This document shows, one piece after another, positions 1 through 12,422 of a DNA stretch of 64,000 nucleotides (position 1 is the stretch's first letter; each line of letters begins with the position of its first letter). Source of the DNA: Tubulanus polymorphus (lineage: Eukaryota > Animalia > Nemertea); NCBI RefSeq assembly GCF_964204645.1, contig NC_134034.1:248001-312000 (forward strand), read 5' to 3'. The notes below the pieces were generated by a model, which worked only from the letters and a program-made list of their open reading frames with translations, did not search any database and was not told where the DNA came from. Both the position numbers and the translations under genes were made by a program.

Positions 1-93
1 CCATTTAGGAGTCTATTCAAAGTCTCCATTGACTTCGTGTAACTGAGTTTATTGTTATCATTTTATTTTCACAGGGAACTTCACGAGAATAGA

Positions 94-3000
94 ATGACTA
101 AAACCACATCAGATCCTCGTCCACCGTTACCTGCCGGGGGTAAAAATAGAACGCCTCTCATGGAATTAGATCTGAATCGATCTACTCCGACGACCTTCAC
201 CTCATCAGCAGACGACTCTAAAACAGCCTTCACCTCACTAGTGGATGACTCGATAATGACCTTCACCTCAGAAGCAGGCGACTCTCTGACGACTGAATCT
301 TTCCTTCTCTCCTCGAATGTAACTCTCGAAAAGACACTAGATGGCAGCACTAGTAGTAGAAACAGTAGTTGTAGCAACAGTTGTGAAGTGAAAATCATTT
401 TGGACAACGGTAAAATATTTTTTTTTTCTAAGTTGACTTCAATTATTTGATGTTAATCGTGGGACCCATGGATCAGGCACGTGACTGACTGTTGTACTCG
501 TATGATTATAGGTGGCGTTGTCTGTGCTGCGTCATCCAGCAGTGAAAGCGATATTGAAAATAACATTGAATCAGAAGAGATTAAAACTGATTGTTGTAAA
601 CTGGAATCTGTGCAGAGAAAAGTGCAACAGTTTTTCCATGAAAACAGCGCGATTTTAAAAAAGGTAAAACCTCGAAACAATGTCCACAATGGATATGATT
701 AAACCTAGTCTGGATTAAACCTAGTCGAAATTATGTTTGTCATTGACTCATCTAAGATTATCATTGTTGCCTATTATTTTCAGTTGCTATGGATAATCAT
801 GTTGCTAGGTTATGTTGCATTCTTCATTGCCGCGTGTGTTATCGATGTTAACCGCGCGATGGCGCTAGTAGTCGTCACATCGCTCGTCATCGCCTGGGTG
901 ACCTACTCGTTAATACGAGACAGAATCGGCGGCCATCTTTACAAAAAATGTTACGTGCCCGTTGCCATGGCAATCAACAACAATTGGTCTATCGTACGAT
1001 GGTATGTATGAATATATAGAATGTTTAAATGGTCGATACTGATTGGTTGTTCGATATTAGACTCGTTTCCTGTTCTAGGTTTGTGTATATCGGACTGGTT
1101 GCCGCTCTGATCACGTATATCGCCGTGGAGATACGTCCGAAACCACGGCAACTGATCTCTCTCGCCGGGTTCCTGATGTTCCTGTTTTTCTTGTTCATTT
1201 TCTCAAAGAATCCTTCGAAGGTGAGCGAAATATCGAAACATCGACAGAAATATCGATATTAATTCGAGATTTCATGTAACTATGATATTTGATATTATCG
1301 TATTTCAGGTGAAATGGCGAACAGTAATTTGGGGTCTCGCGATACAATTCGTTCTGGGTATAGTTATACTGCGTACGGACTTCGGCTTTAAAGCGTTTAA
1401 GTATCTCGGGGATCAGGCGCAAGAGTTTCTTAAATTCACGGACTACGGATCATCATTCGTGTTCGGCAAAAATTACGAAGATCATTTATTTGCGTTCAAG
1501 GTAAAAATATCAATCAGTAAAAATAACATTCCCTGAATCCATCGAAAATTAGATTCCCAGTAAATCATGTACCGGGACGACAGCATTCCTACTACAGAAC
1601 CTTAAAATACTCTGACATCCTTAACATTTTATTTTAGGGGTTCATTCAAGTCCGGTTTTTTACCCTGTGGCCACTCAAATTCTGAAATTCAAATTGTACC
1701 TCGGAAAAATCTTTTTAATCACACATACCTAAAGAATGAACCGGTTCTGTCTAGATGATACCAGTCAGTGTATACACATACATTGTAGTGTGTTTGATTT
1801 CTGTGCACACAATGGATTTTAATTTAATACAGCGTTGTTTCTATGTTGCTCGTTGGTTACTTTGAGATAAAGAGATAAAACCTGGAGTCTCCTGATCTCT
1901 CCCTCCCTCCCGGTCTATAAAACTAGTTTATGAATTCATCATTAATTATACTTTATTTCAGGTTCTACCAGTAATAATATTTTTCAGCTGCGCTATCTCG
2001 ACTCTATATCACCTCGGAGTGATGCAGAGTCTGATCGGTAAGATCGCCTGGGTGATGCAGGTTACTATGGGAACGTCTGCTACTGAATCACTGTGCGCAG
2101 CTGGTAATATATTCGTCGGTCAGGTGAGTCGACTTCCCCGCACCCCCTCCGGTCTCCACCCCTACCCCCTCCGGTCTCCACCCCTACCCCCTCCAGTCTC
2201 AACCCCCTGCCCCCTCCAGTCTCGACCCCCCTACCCCATCCAGTCTCAACTCCCTCCAGTCTCAACTCCCCCTACCCCCTCCAGTCTCAACTCCCCCTAC
2301 CCCCTCCAGTCTCAACCCCCTCCAGTCTCAACCTCCCTATCCCCTCCAGTATCGACCCCCCTCCAGTCTCAACCCCCTCCAGTCTCAACTCCCCCTACCC
2401 TCTCCAGTCTCTCAATGATGAACAGATAGTTTCACTGATTGATTGTTTTATAGACGGAAGCTCCGATCCTTGTGCGTCCGTTTATCGGAATGATGACTAA
2501 TTCAGAGATCCACGCTATGATGACTGGTGGATTCGCTACTATCGCTGGTGGAGTTTTAGCTGCTTATATACTGTTCGGGGTTAGTATTCACTGTAATTCC
2601 ACTTCCACAGACTCAGTTCCACCGTGCTCTATCCAGTTACACAGTTCTGTATCCAGTTCCACAGTTTTGTATCTCTAGTTCATATATTCAGTTCCACTGT
2701 CTTGAATCCAGTTGCGCAGTTGTGGATCCAATTCCACAGTTGTGGATCGAGTTCTGAGAACAATTCAACTTGAGTTTGATTAAGTAAATTTTCTTCTACG
2801 GTTTCAACTTATAAAGTGAAATTGAACCAATATTTATTGAACCAAGCACCTGACACTCCGGGCACCTGAGACTCTGGGCATCTGGAATCTGAGCTGCTGA
2901 ACTCTGGAATCCGAGCTGCTGAATGAACTCCAGGTGTCTGAACTCTTGAATCTGAGCTGCTGAATGAACTCCAGGTGTCTGAACTCTTGAATCTGAGCTG

Positions 3001-6000
3001 CTGAATGAACTTCAGGTGTCTGAACTCAGTAAAATCATAATGACGACGCTATGTTGTTGTTGTTGTTGTTGTTGTAGGTACCTGCTGAACATCTGCTGTG
3101 TGCATCTGTAATGAACGCACCAGTCGCGCTAGCTGTATCAAAACTATTCTATCCAGAAACGGAACAATCGAAATTCACTGATTCTAACGATATTCCGATG
3201 GAAAAAGGGTAAGAGTACATTTCCACATTGTATCCACACTTGATTCCACATTGTATCCACACTTGATTCCACATTGTATCCACACTTGATTCCAATCTGT
3301 ATCCACATCCTGATTTCCTGGAATTGAAGTTCTATTTATATGTTATATTTCTAGGAAAGAGCGTAATTTACTGGAAGCAGCGTCTGCCGGAGCCTCGTCT
3401 TCAATTAAACTAGTCGCGAATATTGCCGCGAATTTAATCGCGTTCCTCGCGATGTTAGCTTTTATAAACGCTGCTCTCTCGTGGTTCGGGTCACTGGTCG
3501 ACCTTCCTGAATTAACATTCCAGGTAACAATCTATTCAGTATAATTATAATTACTAATGATAACCTCATTTTCAATTACTTCAATGATTCATTAGAATTA
3601 TGATTAGTTACTAATGACGATCTTCTCATTCTCAAAGATGACTTCAATGATTCAGCAAAATTATGATTAGTTACTAATGACAACCTCATTCTCAATGACT
3701 TCAACGATTCATTAGAATCATGATGATATATTTTGTAGGTGATATGTTCGTATGTTTTTATGCCTGTTGCGTTTATGATGGGTGTTGATTGGTCGGATGC
3801 TGATAAAGTTGGAGAATTACTCGGAATTAAATTATTCCTCAATGAATTTGTCGCGTATAAACAATTAAGTGGTTACATTAAAAACCGTTCGAACTGCATT
3901 CAACATTCACCTCAAATATCGGTAAGTGAAATATACAACCTGCTAGTTCCACAGTTCTGGATCCAGTTCCACAGTTCTGGATCCAGTTCCACAGTTCTGA
4001 ATCCAGTTCCACAATTCTGAATCCAGTTCTATAGTTCTGAATCCAGTTCCACAATTCTGAATCCAGTTCCACAGTTACTGGATCCAGTTCCACAGTTCTG
4101 AATGTGTCTTGAGAAGGTGGTTAAACTGACAGTCCCTCTCTAGCTCCCCCTGTTGTAAACTGATAGAACTATTTATCTCTATTTCATACAGTATCGCTCT
4201 GAAGTTATAGCCACGTACCTCTCTAGCTCCCTCTATTGTAAACTGATAGAACTATTTATCTCTATTTCATGCAGTATCGCTCTGAAGTTATAGCCACGTA
4301 CCTCTCTAGCTCCCCCTATTGTAAACTGATAGAACTATTTATCTCTATTTCATGCAGTATCGCTCTGAAGTTATAGCCACGTACCTCTCTAGCTCCCCCT
4401 ATTGTAAATTGATAGAACTATTTATCTCTATTTCATGCAGTATCGCTCTGAAGTTATAGCCACGTACCTCTCTAGCTCCCCCTATTGTAAACTGATAGAA
4501 CTATTTATCTCTATTTCATACAGTATCGCTCTGAAGTTATAGCCACGTACCTCTCTAGCTCCCTCTATTGTAAACTGATAGAACTATTTATCTCTATTTC
4601 ATGCAGTATCGCTCTGAAGTTATAGCCACGTACCTCTCTAGCTCCCCCTATTGTAAACTGATAGAACTATTTATCTCTATTTCATACAGTATCGCTCTGA
4701 AGTTATAGCCACGTACCTCTCTAGCTCCACCTATTGTAAATTGATAGAACTATTTATCTCTATTTCCTGCAGTATCGCTCTGAAGTTATAGCCACGTACC
4801 TCTCTAGCTCCCCCTATTGTAAACTGATAGAACTATTTATCTCTATTTCATACAGTATCGCTCTGAAGTTATAGCCACGTACCTCTCTAGCTCCCCCTAT
4901 TGTAAACTGATAGAACTATTTATCTCTATTTCATGCAGTATCGCTCTGAAGTTATAGCCACGTACCTCTCTAGCTCCCCCTATTGTAAACTGATAGAACT
5001 ATTTATCTCTATTTCATGCAGTATCGCTCTGAAGTTATAGCCACGTACCTCTCTAGCTCCCCCTATTGTAAACTGATAGAACTATTTATCTCTATTTCAT
5101 GCAGTATCGCTCTGAAGTTATAGCCACGTACCTCTCTAGCTCCCCCTATTGTAAACTGATAGAACTATTTATCTCTATTTCATGCAGTATCGCTCTGAAG
5201 TTATAGCCACGTATCTCTCTAGCTCCCCCTATTGTAAACTGGTAGAACTATTTATCTCTATTTCATACAGTATCGCTCTGAAGTTATAGCCACGTACCTC
5301 TCTAGCTCCCCCTATTGTAAACTGATAGAACTATTTATCTCTATTTCATGCAGTATCGCTCTGAAGTTATAGCCACGTACCTCTCTAGCTCCCCCTATTG
5401 TAAACTGATAGAACTATTTATCTCTATTTCATACAGTATCGCTCTGAAGTTATAGCCACGTACCTCTCTAGCTCCCCCTATTGTAAACTGATAGAACTAT
5501 TTATCTCTATTTCATACAGTATCGCTCTGAAGTTATAGCCACGTACCTCTCTAGCTCCCCCTATTGTAAACTGATAGAACTATTTATCTCTATTTCATAC
5601 AGTATCGCTCTGAAGTTATAGCCACGTACCTCTCTAGCTCCCCCTATTGTAAACTAATAGAACTATTTATCTCTATTTCATGCAGTATCGCTCTGAAGTT
5701 ATAGCCACGTACCTCTCTAGCTCCCCCTATTGTAAACTGATAGAACTATTTTTCTCTATTTCATGCAGTATCGCTCTGAAGTTATAGCCACGTACCTCTC
5801 TAGCTCCCCCTATTGTAAACTGATAGAACTATTTATCTCTATTTCATGCAGTATCGCTCTGAAGTTATAGCCACGTATGCTTTGTGTGGATTTGCTAATC
5901 TCAGCTCAATTGGGATTCAACTGGGTGGAATTGGACCGATGGCTCCGCATAGGAAGGGAGATCTAGCGCGACTCGCTGTGAGGGCGCTGACGGCTGGATT

Positions 6001-6212
6001 TATCTCTTGTTTAGTAACAGCGTGTGTAGCAGGTACGTCTATCCCCCCTCCCCCCTCCCCCCTAGTGTTTGTTAACAGAATCCGAAACTCATATATTCTC
6101 ATTCTGTCTTGCAGGAATTCTGACCGTCGATAGAAATATAATCGATTGTAGCAGTTTAACGACCAATTCAACAATGAATGTAACCATCATCAACGCAACT
6201 AATATTTTATGA
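94..6212 (+). CDS. SLC28A3: Concentrative Na+/nucleoside cotransporter (SLC28/CNT family, CNT3-like). Exons approx 94-409, 512-663, 784-1001, 1079-1220, 1309-1500, 1962-2123, 2454-2579, 3078-3208, 3355-3523, 3739-3921, 5852-6032, 6115-6212
   Basis: GT-AG exons join in phase and encode CNT motifs: [85 protein letters not shown]. An acceptor at 73-74 means upstream exons or an upstream start may lie outside the window. Paralog assignment is uncertain. Confidence 0.93.
2142..2412. repeat. C-rich intronic minisatellite (CCCCCTCCAGTCTCAAC-like units)
   Basis: Tandem imperfect units directly after the 2123 donor. Confidence 0.9.
3945..4102. repeat. 20-bp tandem array ATCCAGTTCCACAGTTCTGA derived from a MITE terminal repeat; related arrays at ~2608-2755, 26430-26500, 63325-63405
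   Basis: About 8 units; the unit matches the TIR of the 14428 and 61145 MITEs. Confidence 0.85.
4135..5877 (+). repeat. 83-bp tandem array, 21 copies, each containing the SLC28 3' splice site plus the first 26 exon nt
   Basis: Unit CCTCTCTAGCTCCCCCTATTGTAAACTGATAGAACTATTTATCTCTATTTCATGCAG|TATCGCTCTGAAGTTATAGCCACGTA. First exon-start copy at 4192, last at 5852 (20 x 83 apart). Confidence 0.97.
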
Positions 6213-6699
6213 TAAATCACCGAGAACTTTTAGCTTTAGACGCTAACACTCAATTAGAAACTGCCAAACTTTTTGTCACATGTCAACAGTGCTGTCTAAT
6301 GTAAAGAATGCTGTCCAGTGTAAACAGTATTGTCCAATGTAAGCTGTACTGTGTGCAGAGACGCTGGAACTGCAGCCGCCTATGTAAACAGTGATGTCCA
6401 GTCTTAAGAATGATGACGTATGATGTCAAAAGAGTTCTGTCCAAACCCAATTCCACAAGACTTCTGTCTATTTGATGTGTACGGCTGTCCAATGCACTGT
6501 AATTAAAAGGTCTTGTCCGATACAATGGTAGCTACAATGTCCAAAGAACAACTATTTCAATGTAGAAACAATGTTGTTCAATACTCAGTGTCAGATGTAG
6601 ACAATAGTTATGTAATAATCAATGCAAGTTGAAGCTGCTGCAAGGTTAGGGTTAGCCCCCCCCCATGCCGCAGTCCCCTCCCCTCGGCTTTACAATATA

Positions 6700-6874
6700 C
6701 AGTCGACCCCTGATATACCGCCCACCCACATCGGTGCAGAACGATTTTGGCGGTATAGAGAGTATGGCGGTTTATCGGGGGTGTTTTATTATGTATTTGC
6801 ATGGAGATGTACATTGAGAAAACTTAGCGGTAGGCGGGGGTGACGGTAAATGGGGAGTGCGGTAGGGTTCACTG
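6700..6874. mobile_element. Tc1/mariner-type (pogo-like) MITE
   Basis: Ends TA-CAGTCGACCC ... GGGTTCACTG-TA with TA target duplication and internal GGCGGTATA subrepeats. Confidence 0.7.
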
Positions 6875-7299
6875 TATGTTTATATCGATCTGAATGTTTA
6901 AATGATAAGTTAAAGGAGTAGTTGACAATATAAATGTCACCGATCTCTCTCTTTACAGAACCGTTTATTCGTAATACGGTTCTATATTAACAGTACTTTA
7001 TTTTTGGAGGTTTTTTTGTATATTTACCATTTATTTTTTGATCTCATTTTGATGTTGCGCATTTATCTTATATCAAACATATATCACAATTATGTCACTT
7101 GTAGATTTATTCTAGAATTTAAAACAATGCAATTTTTGTGTGTGTACCATTTATATACAATCTACTCTATATACTATAAACTAATATCATGTGTTTGATT
7201 GTTTTGTATTGGAAATTCTATTTCTAGCCCACTTGGAGTCCTAGCACTTTTCGGTCGTCTCTTTGAGTTTATTTTCGGATCAGTTCAATCAGTGGGCAC

Positions 7300-10200
7300 A
7301 AGCCTGTGTAACATAGGACACCCCTGACCGTACATCCTCTATTCAGCATCAGTACCACTCTGAATCAGTATCTGTAATTACTGGGTTGGAACCCAGGACA
7401 CCCCTGTACATCCTCTATTCAGCATCAGTACCAATCTGAACCAGTATCAGTAACTATGGGACCACTCTGAATCAGTATCAGTAATTACTGGGTTTGAACC
7501 CGGGACACCCCTGTACATCCTCTATTCAGCATCAGGACCACTCCTAATCAGTCTAGTAACTATTGGACCACTCGGAATCAGTGTCAGTAATAACAGGGTT
7601 CGAACCCGGGACATCCGCTAACTTTATAATGATGCTATGATCGCCATCTATTGGAATTTGGCTGAACTGACTAGATAGCTCTTAGTGGTCTCACTGAGTC
7701 TTCTCTAATCCGTTGAAATCACACTCGCCATCTGTCGGATTTCTATAATACTACAGTCTAATGACGGTTATATCCAACAGATGGCGAGTGTGATTTTAAC
7801 GGATTAGAGAAGACTCAGTAAGATCAGTAAGAGCAATCTAGTAAGTTCAGCCAAATTCCAATAGATGGCGATAACGTTAGAAATCTTGATATCCTCTTGT
7901 CGGAGACCCTGTACATCCTCTATTCAGCATCAGGATCACTCTGAATCAGTATCAGTAACTATTGCACCACTCTGAATCAGTGTTAATAACTATTGGACCA
8001 CTCTGAATCAGTCTCAGTAACTATTGGGCCACTCGGAATCAGTCTCAGTTTGGACCACTCTGAATCAGTATCAGTAACTATTGGATCACTCTGAATCAGT
8101 ATCAGTAACTATTGGACCACTCGGAATCAGTATCAGTAACTATTGGACCACTCTGAATCAGTGTCAGTAACTATTGGACCACTCTGAATCAGTATCAGTA
8201 ACTATTGGACCACTCTGAATCAGTCTCAGTAACTATTGGACCACTCTGAATCAGTAACTATTGGGCCACTAGGAATCAGTATCAGTAATTACTGGGTTTC
8301 GAACCCGGGACACCCCTGTACATCCTCTATTCAGCATCAGGACCACTCTGAATCAGTATCAGTAACTATTGGACCACTCTGAATCAGTCTCACCTTGGAC
8401 CACTCGGAATCAGTATCAGTAACTATTGGACCACTCTGAATCAGTATCAATAACTATTGGACCACTCTGAATCAGTGTCAGTTTGGACCACTCTGAATCA
8501 GTATCAGTAACTATTGGACCACTCGGAATCAGTATCAGTAACTATTGGACCACTCTGAATCAGTGTCAGTAACTATTGGACCACTCTGAATCAGTATCAG
8601 TTTGGACCACTCTGAATCAGTCTCACTAACTATTGGACCACTAGGAATCAGTATCAGTAATTACTGGGTTTCGAACCCGGGACACCCCTGTACATCCTCT
8701 CTTCAGCATCAGGACCACTCTGAATCAGTATCAGTAACTATTGGACCACTCGGAACCAGTCTCAATTGGACCACTCAGAATCAGTATCAGTAACTATTGG
8801 GCCACTCTGAATCAGTATCAGTAACTATTGGACCACTCTGAATCAGTATCAGTAACTATTGGACCACTCGGAATCAGTATCAGTAACTATTGGTCCACTC
8901 TGAATCAGTCTCACTTTGGACCACTCTGAATCAGTATCAGTAACTATTGGACCACTCGCAATCAGTATCAGTAACTATTGGTCCACTCTGAATCAGTCTC
9001 ACTTTGGACCTCTCTGAATCAGTCTCAGTAACTATTGGACCACTCTGAATCAGTATCAGTAATTACTGGGTTTGAACCCGGGACACCCCTGTACATCCTC
9101 TATTCAGCATCAGGACCACTCCTAATCAGTCTTAGTAACTATTGGACCACTCGGAATCAGTGTCAGTAATAACAGGGTTCGAACCCGGGACATCCGCTAA
9201 CTTTTTAATGATGCTATGATCGCCATCTATTGGAATTTGGCTGAACTGACTAGATAGCTCTTACTGGTCTCACTGAGTCTTCTCTAATCCGTTGAAATCA
9301 CACTCGCCATCTGTCGGATTTCTATAATACTACAGTCTAATGACGGTTATATCCAACAGATGGCGAGTGTGATTTTAACGGATTAGAGAAGACTCAGTGA
9401 GACCAGTAAGAGCAATCTAGTCAGTTCAGCCAAATTCCAATAGATGGCGATAACGTTAGAAATCTTGATATCCTCTCGTCGGAGACCCTGTACATCCTCT
9501 ATTCAGCATCAGGATCACTCTGAATCAGTATCAGTAACTATTGGACCACTCTGAATCAGTGTCAATAACTATTGGACCACTCTGAATCAGTCTCACCTTG
9601 GACCACTATGAATCAGTATCAGTAACTATTGGACCACTCTGAATCAGTCTCAGTAACTATTGGACCACTCGGAATCAGTCTCAGTAACTATTGGACCACT
9701 CGGAATCAGTATCAGTAACTATTGGACCACTCTGAATCAGTATCAGTAACTATTGGACCACTCGGAATCAGTATCAGTAACTATTGGACCACTCGGTCAG
9801 TATCAGTAACTATTGGACCACTCGGAATCAGTATCAGTAATTACTGGGTTTCGAACCCGGGACACCCCTGTACATCCTCTCTTCAGCATCAGGACCACTC
9901 TGAATCAGTATCAGTAACTATTGGGCCACTCTGAATCAGTATCAGTAACTATTGGACCACTCGGAATCAGTATCAGTAACTATTGGACCACTCGGAATCA
10001 GTGTCAGTGGACCACTCTGAATCAGTATCGGTAAATATTGGACCACTCTGAATCAGTATCAGTAACTATTGGACCACTCAGAATCAGTATCAGTAACTAT
10101 TGGACCACTCTGAATCAGTATCAGTAACTATTGGACCACTCGGAATCAGTCTCACCTTGGACCACTACAAATCAGTATCAGTAACTATTGGACCACTCGG

Positions 10201-11220
10201 AATCAGTTTCACCTTGGATCACTCTGGATCAGTATCAGTAACTATTGGACCACTCTGAATTAGTCTCAGTTTGGACCACTCTGAATCAGTATCAGTAACT
10301 ATTGGACCACTAGGAATCAGTATCAGTAACTATTGGACCACTCTGAATCAGTCTCACCTTGGACCACTCTGAATCAGTATCAGTAACTATTGGACCACTC
10401 TGAATCAGTATCAGTAACTATTGGACCACTCTGAATCAGTATCAGTAACTATTGGACCACTCGGAATCAGTGTCAGTAATGACTGGGTTCGAGCCCGGGA
10501 CGTCCGCTTACTTTAATAATAATGCTATGATCGCCATCTATTGGAATTTGGCTGAACTGACTAGATTGCTCTTACTGGTCTCACTGAGTCTTCTCTAATC
10601 CGTTAAAATCAAACTCGCCATCAGGTGGATTTCTATAATACTAGTCTAATGACGGTTATATCCACCAGATGGCGAGTATGATTTTAACGGATTAGAGAAG
10701 AGTCAGTGAGACCAGTAAGAGCTATCTAGTAAGTTCAGCCAAATTCCAATAGATGGCGATAACGTTGGATATCTCCTCGTCGGAGACCCTGTACATCCTC
10801 TATTCAGCTTCACCACTCTGAATCAGTATCATGTAATTACTGGATTCGAACCCGGGACACCCCTGTTCATCCTCTGTTCAGCATCAGCACCACTCCGAAT
10901 CAGTATCAGTAATTACTGGGTTCGAACCCGGGACACCCCTGTACATCCTCTGTTCAGCATCAGGACCAATCTGCATCAGTATCAGTAGTTACTGGGTCTG
11001 AACCCACACCCCTGTTCATCCTCTGATCAGCATCAGTACCACTCCGAATCAGTACCAGTAATTACCGGTTTCAAACCCGGGACACCCCTGTACATCCTCT
11101 ACTCAGCATCAGGACCACTCTAAATCAGTGTCAGTAATTACTGGGTTCAAACCCCGTAATCCTTGTCCATCAATCACTCTGACTCCGGAAACCTTGACCC
11201 ATCGAGACACTAGAGATGAC
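7300..11220. repeat. Hierarchical satellite: 31-bp units (GGACCACTCTGAATCAGTATCAGTAACTATT), ~78-bp units containing GGGTTCGAACCC, and three inserted palindromes
   Basis: Directly visible units between the convergent SLC28 and PTTG1IP 3' ends; higher-order periods ~1.58 and ~1.31 kb. Confidence 0.95.
7640..7872. repeat. 233-bp near-perfect inverted repeat (hairpin/MITE-like), copy 1; copies 2 and 3 at 9219-9451 and 10530-10760
   Basis: ATCGCCATCTATTGGAATTTGGCTGAACT... pairs with ...AGTTCAGCCAAATTCCAATAGATGGCGAT; ~100-bp arms, ~30-nt loop. Confidence 0.95.
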
Positions 11221-12422
11221 AAACTAACAACTATTATAATATTTATATCTAATTCATTATTGTCAGACAAAAAATATGTTTCAACGTTTTTGAAAGTTAT
11301 CATTGTTGATATTTACAATAAATTTGTTTCAACGGAAAAATATTGACAGAAAAATTGCAAATAATTTCAGAGAATCGGGAAAAACCAGTTTCTGGAATCA
11401 ATGCGATACTGAATCGGCCACAATTAGCCTCACTTGCCAGAGTTCAGTATTACAAATAAATTGGACTGGTTCAGCTATTCAATCTTACTGATATAAAGGG
11501 TAACGCAACCAGTCTAGGGGAGTGGGAGAACACTGTTATCCGCCCCCTCCCCCTTCCCTGTTAAATCCAAACTCACAGACAGCAGTATATAGAGCTGGGA
11601 CAACACTCAACATCTGCTTCAAAATTATATCTTCTGTTTTTGATTTAAACTTTAACGATTTACAAAAATTTCCGGTATTTAACATTGGACGATACAATTA
11701 ACATTCGGTTTAAATTTCAACTGGAAATATAATAATCAATAAGATATCTATATATATATATATACAACTTACAATAAGCAATAAATATGAATGTTAGAAA
11801 TCAATAATAATTTTAGTCATTGAACAAACGAAAGAATGAAGGAATATAGATTGATTGAATTTAGATTGAATTTCGGTTGAATTATTTAGCGCATATTTAC
11901 AACGACTTTTAACATTTAATTAAATCACACACAAAAAACTAAAAGCACAAAAACATTATATTCAAATATTCGCTCGAATTTAGAATTGATCAAAGTCGGA
12001 ATGTTTTAAATTCAATTCTATTCCACTATAATTTGTATCATAACATCACCAGCAGAGGGCGTTTATATCTGCTGATTCATAGTTCCTCAACACAAGGACA
12101 GGTGGCGGTAATATCTAATTTGTAGTTCCAAAATACAACAGTAGGCGGCGATTCTCGTACCATGGAAATAGTAGGAGAGTAATAAATTAATAATTCATTT
12201 AACCAAGATAAGATAATTTATCTTATCTTAGTTTTGATAAATTCCAAAAGATGGCTCTGTCAACGATAATTTATATGTTCTCGATTATTTCAATAAGTGC
12301 CATCTAATAATTAGATTTCAAGTTTTCAGTGAAATGACGATCAAGTTGACGATGCCGTGGTGGAGAATTCCGTGAACGGACGGATCAGGTTGATGTCACG
12401 AGAGTCCAATAGGGGGCATTGA

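Noticed and set aside
81-407. 108-aa minus-strand ORF with a signal-peptide-like start
   Set aside because: Antisense shadow of the Ser/Thr-rich SLC28 exon; no independent support
7300-11160. CRISPR-like appearance of 31-bp repeats
   Set aside because: Units are head-to-tail without unique spacers, there are no cas genes, and the context is eukaryotic
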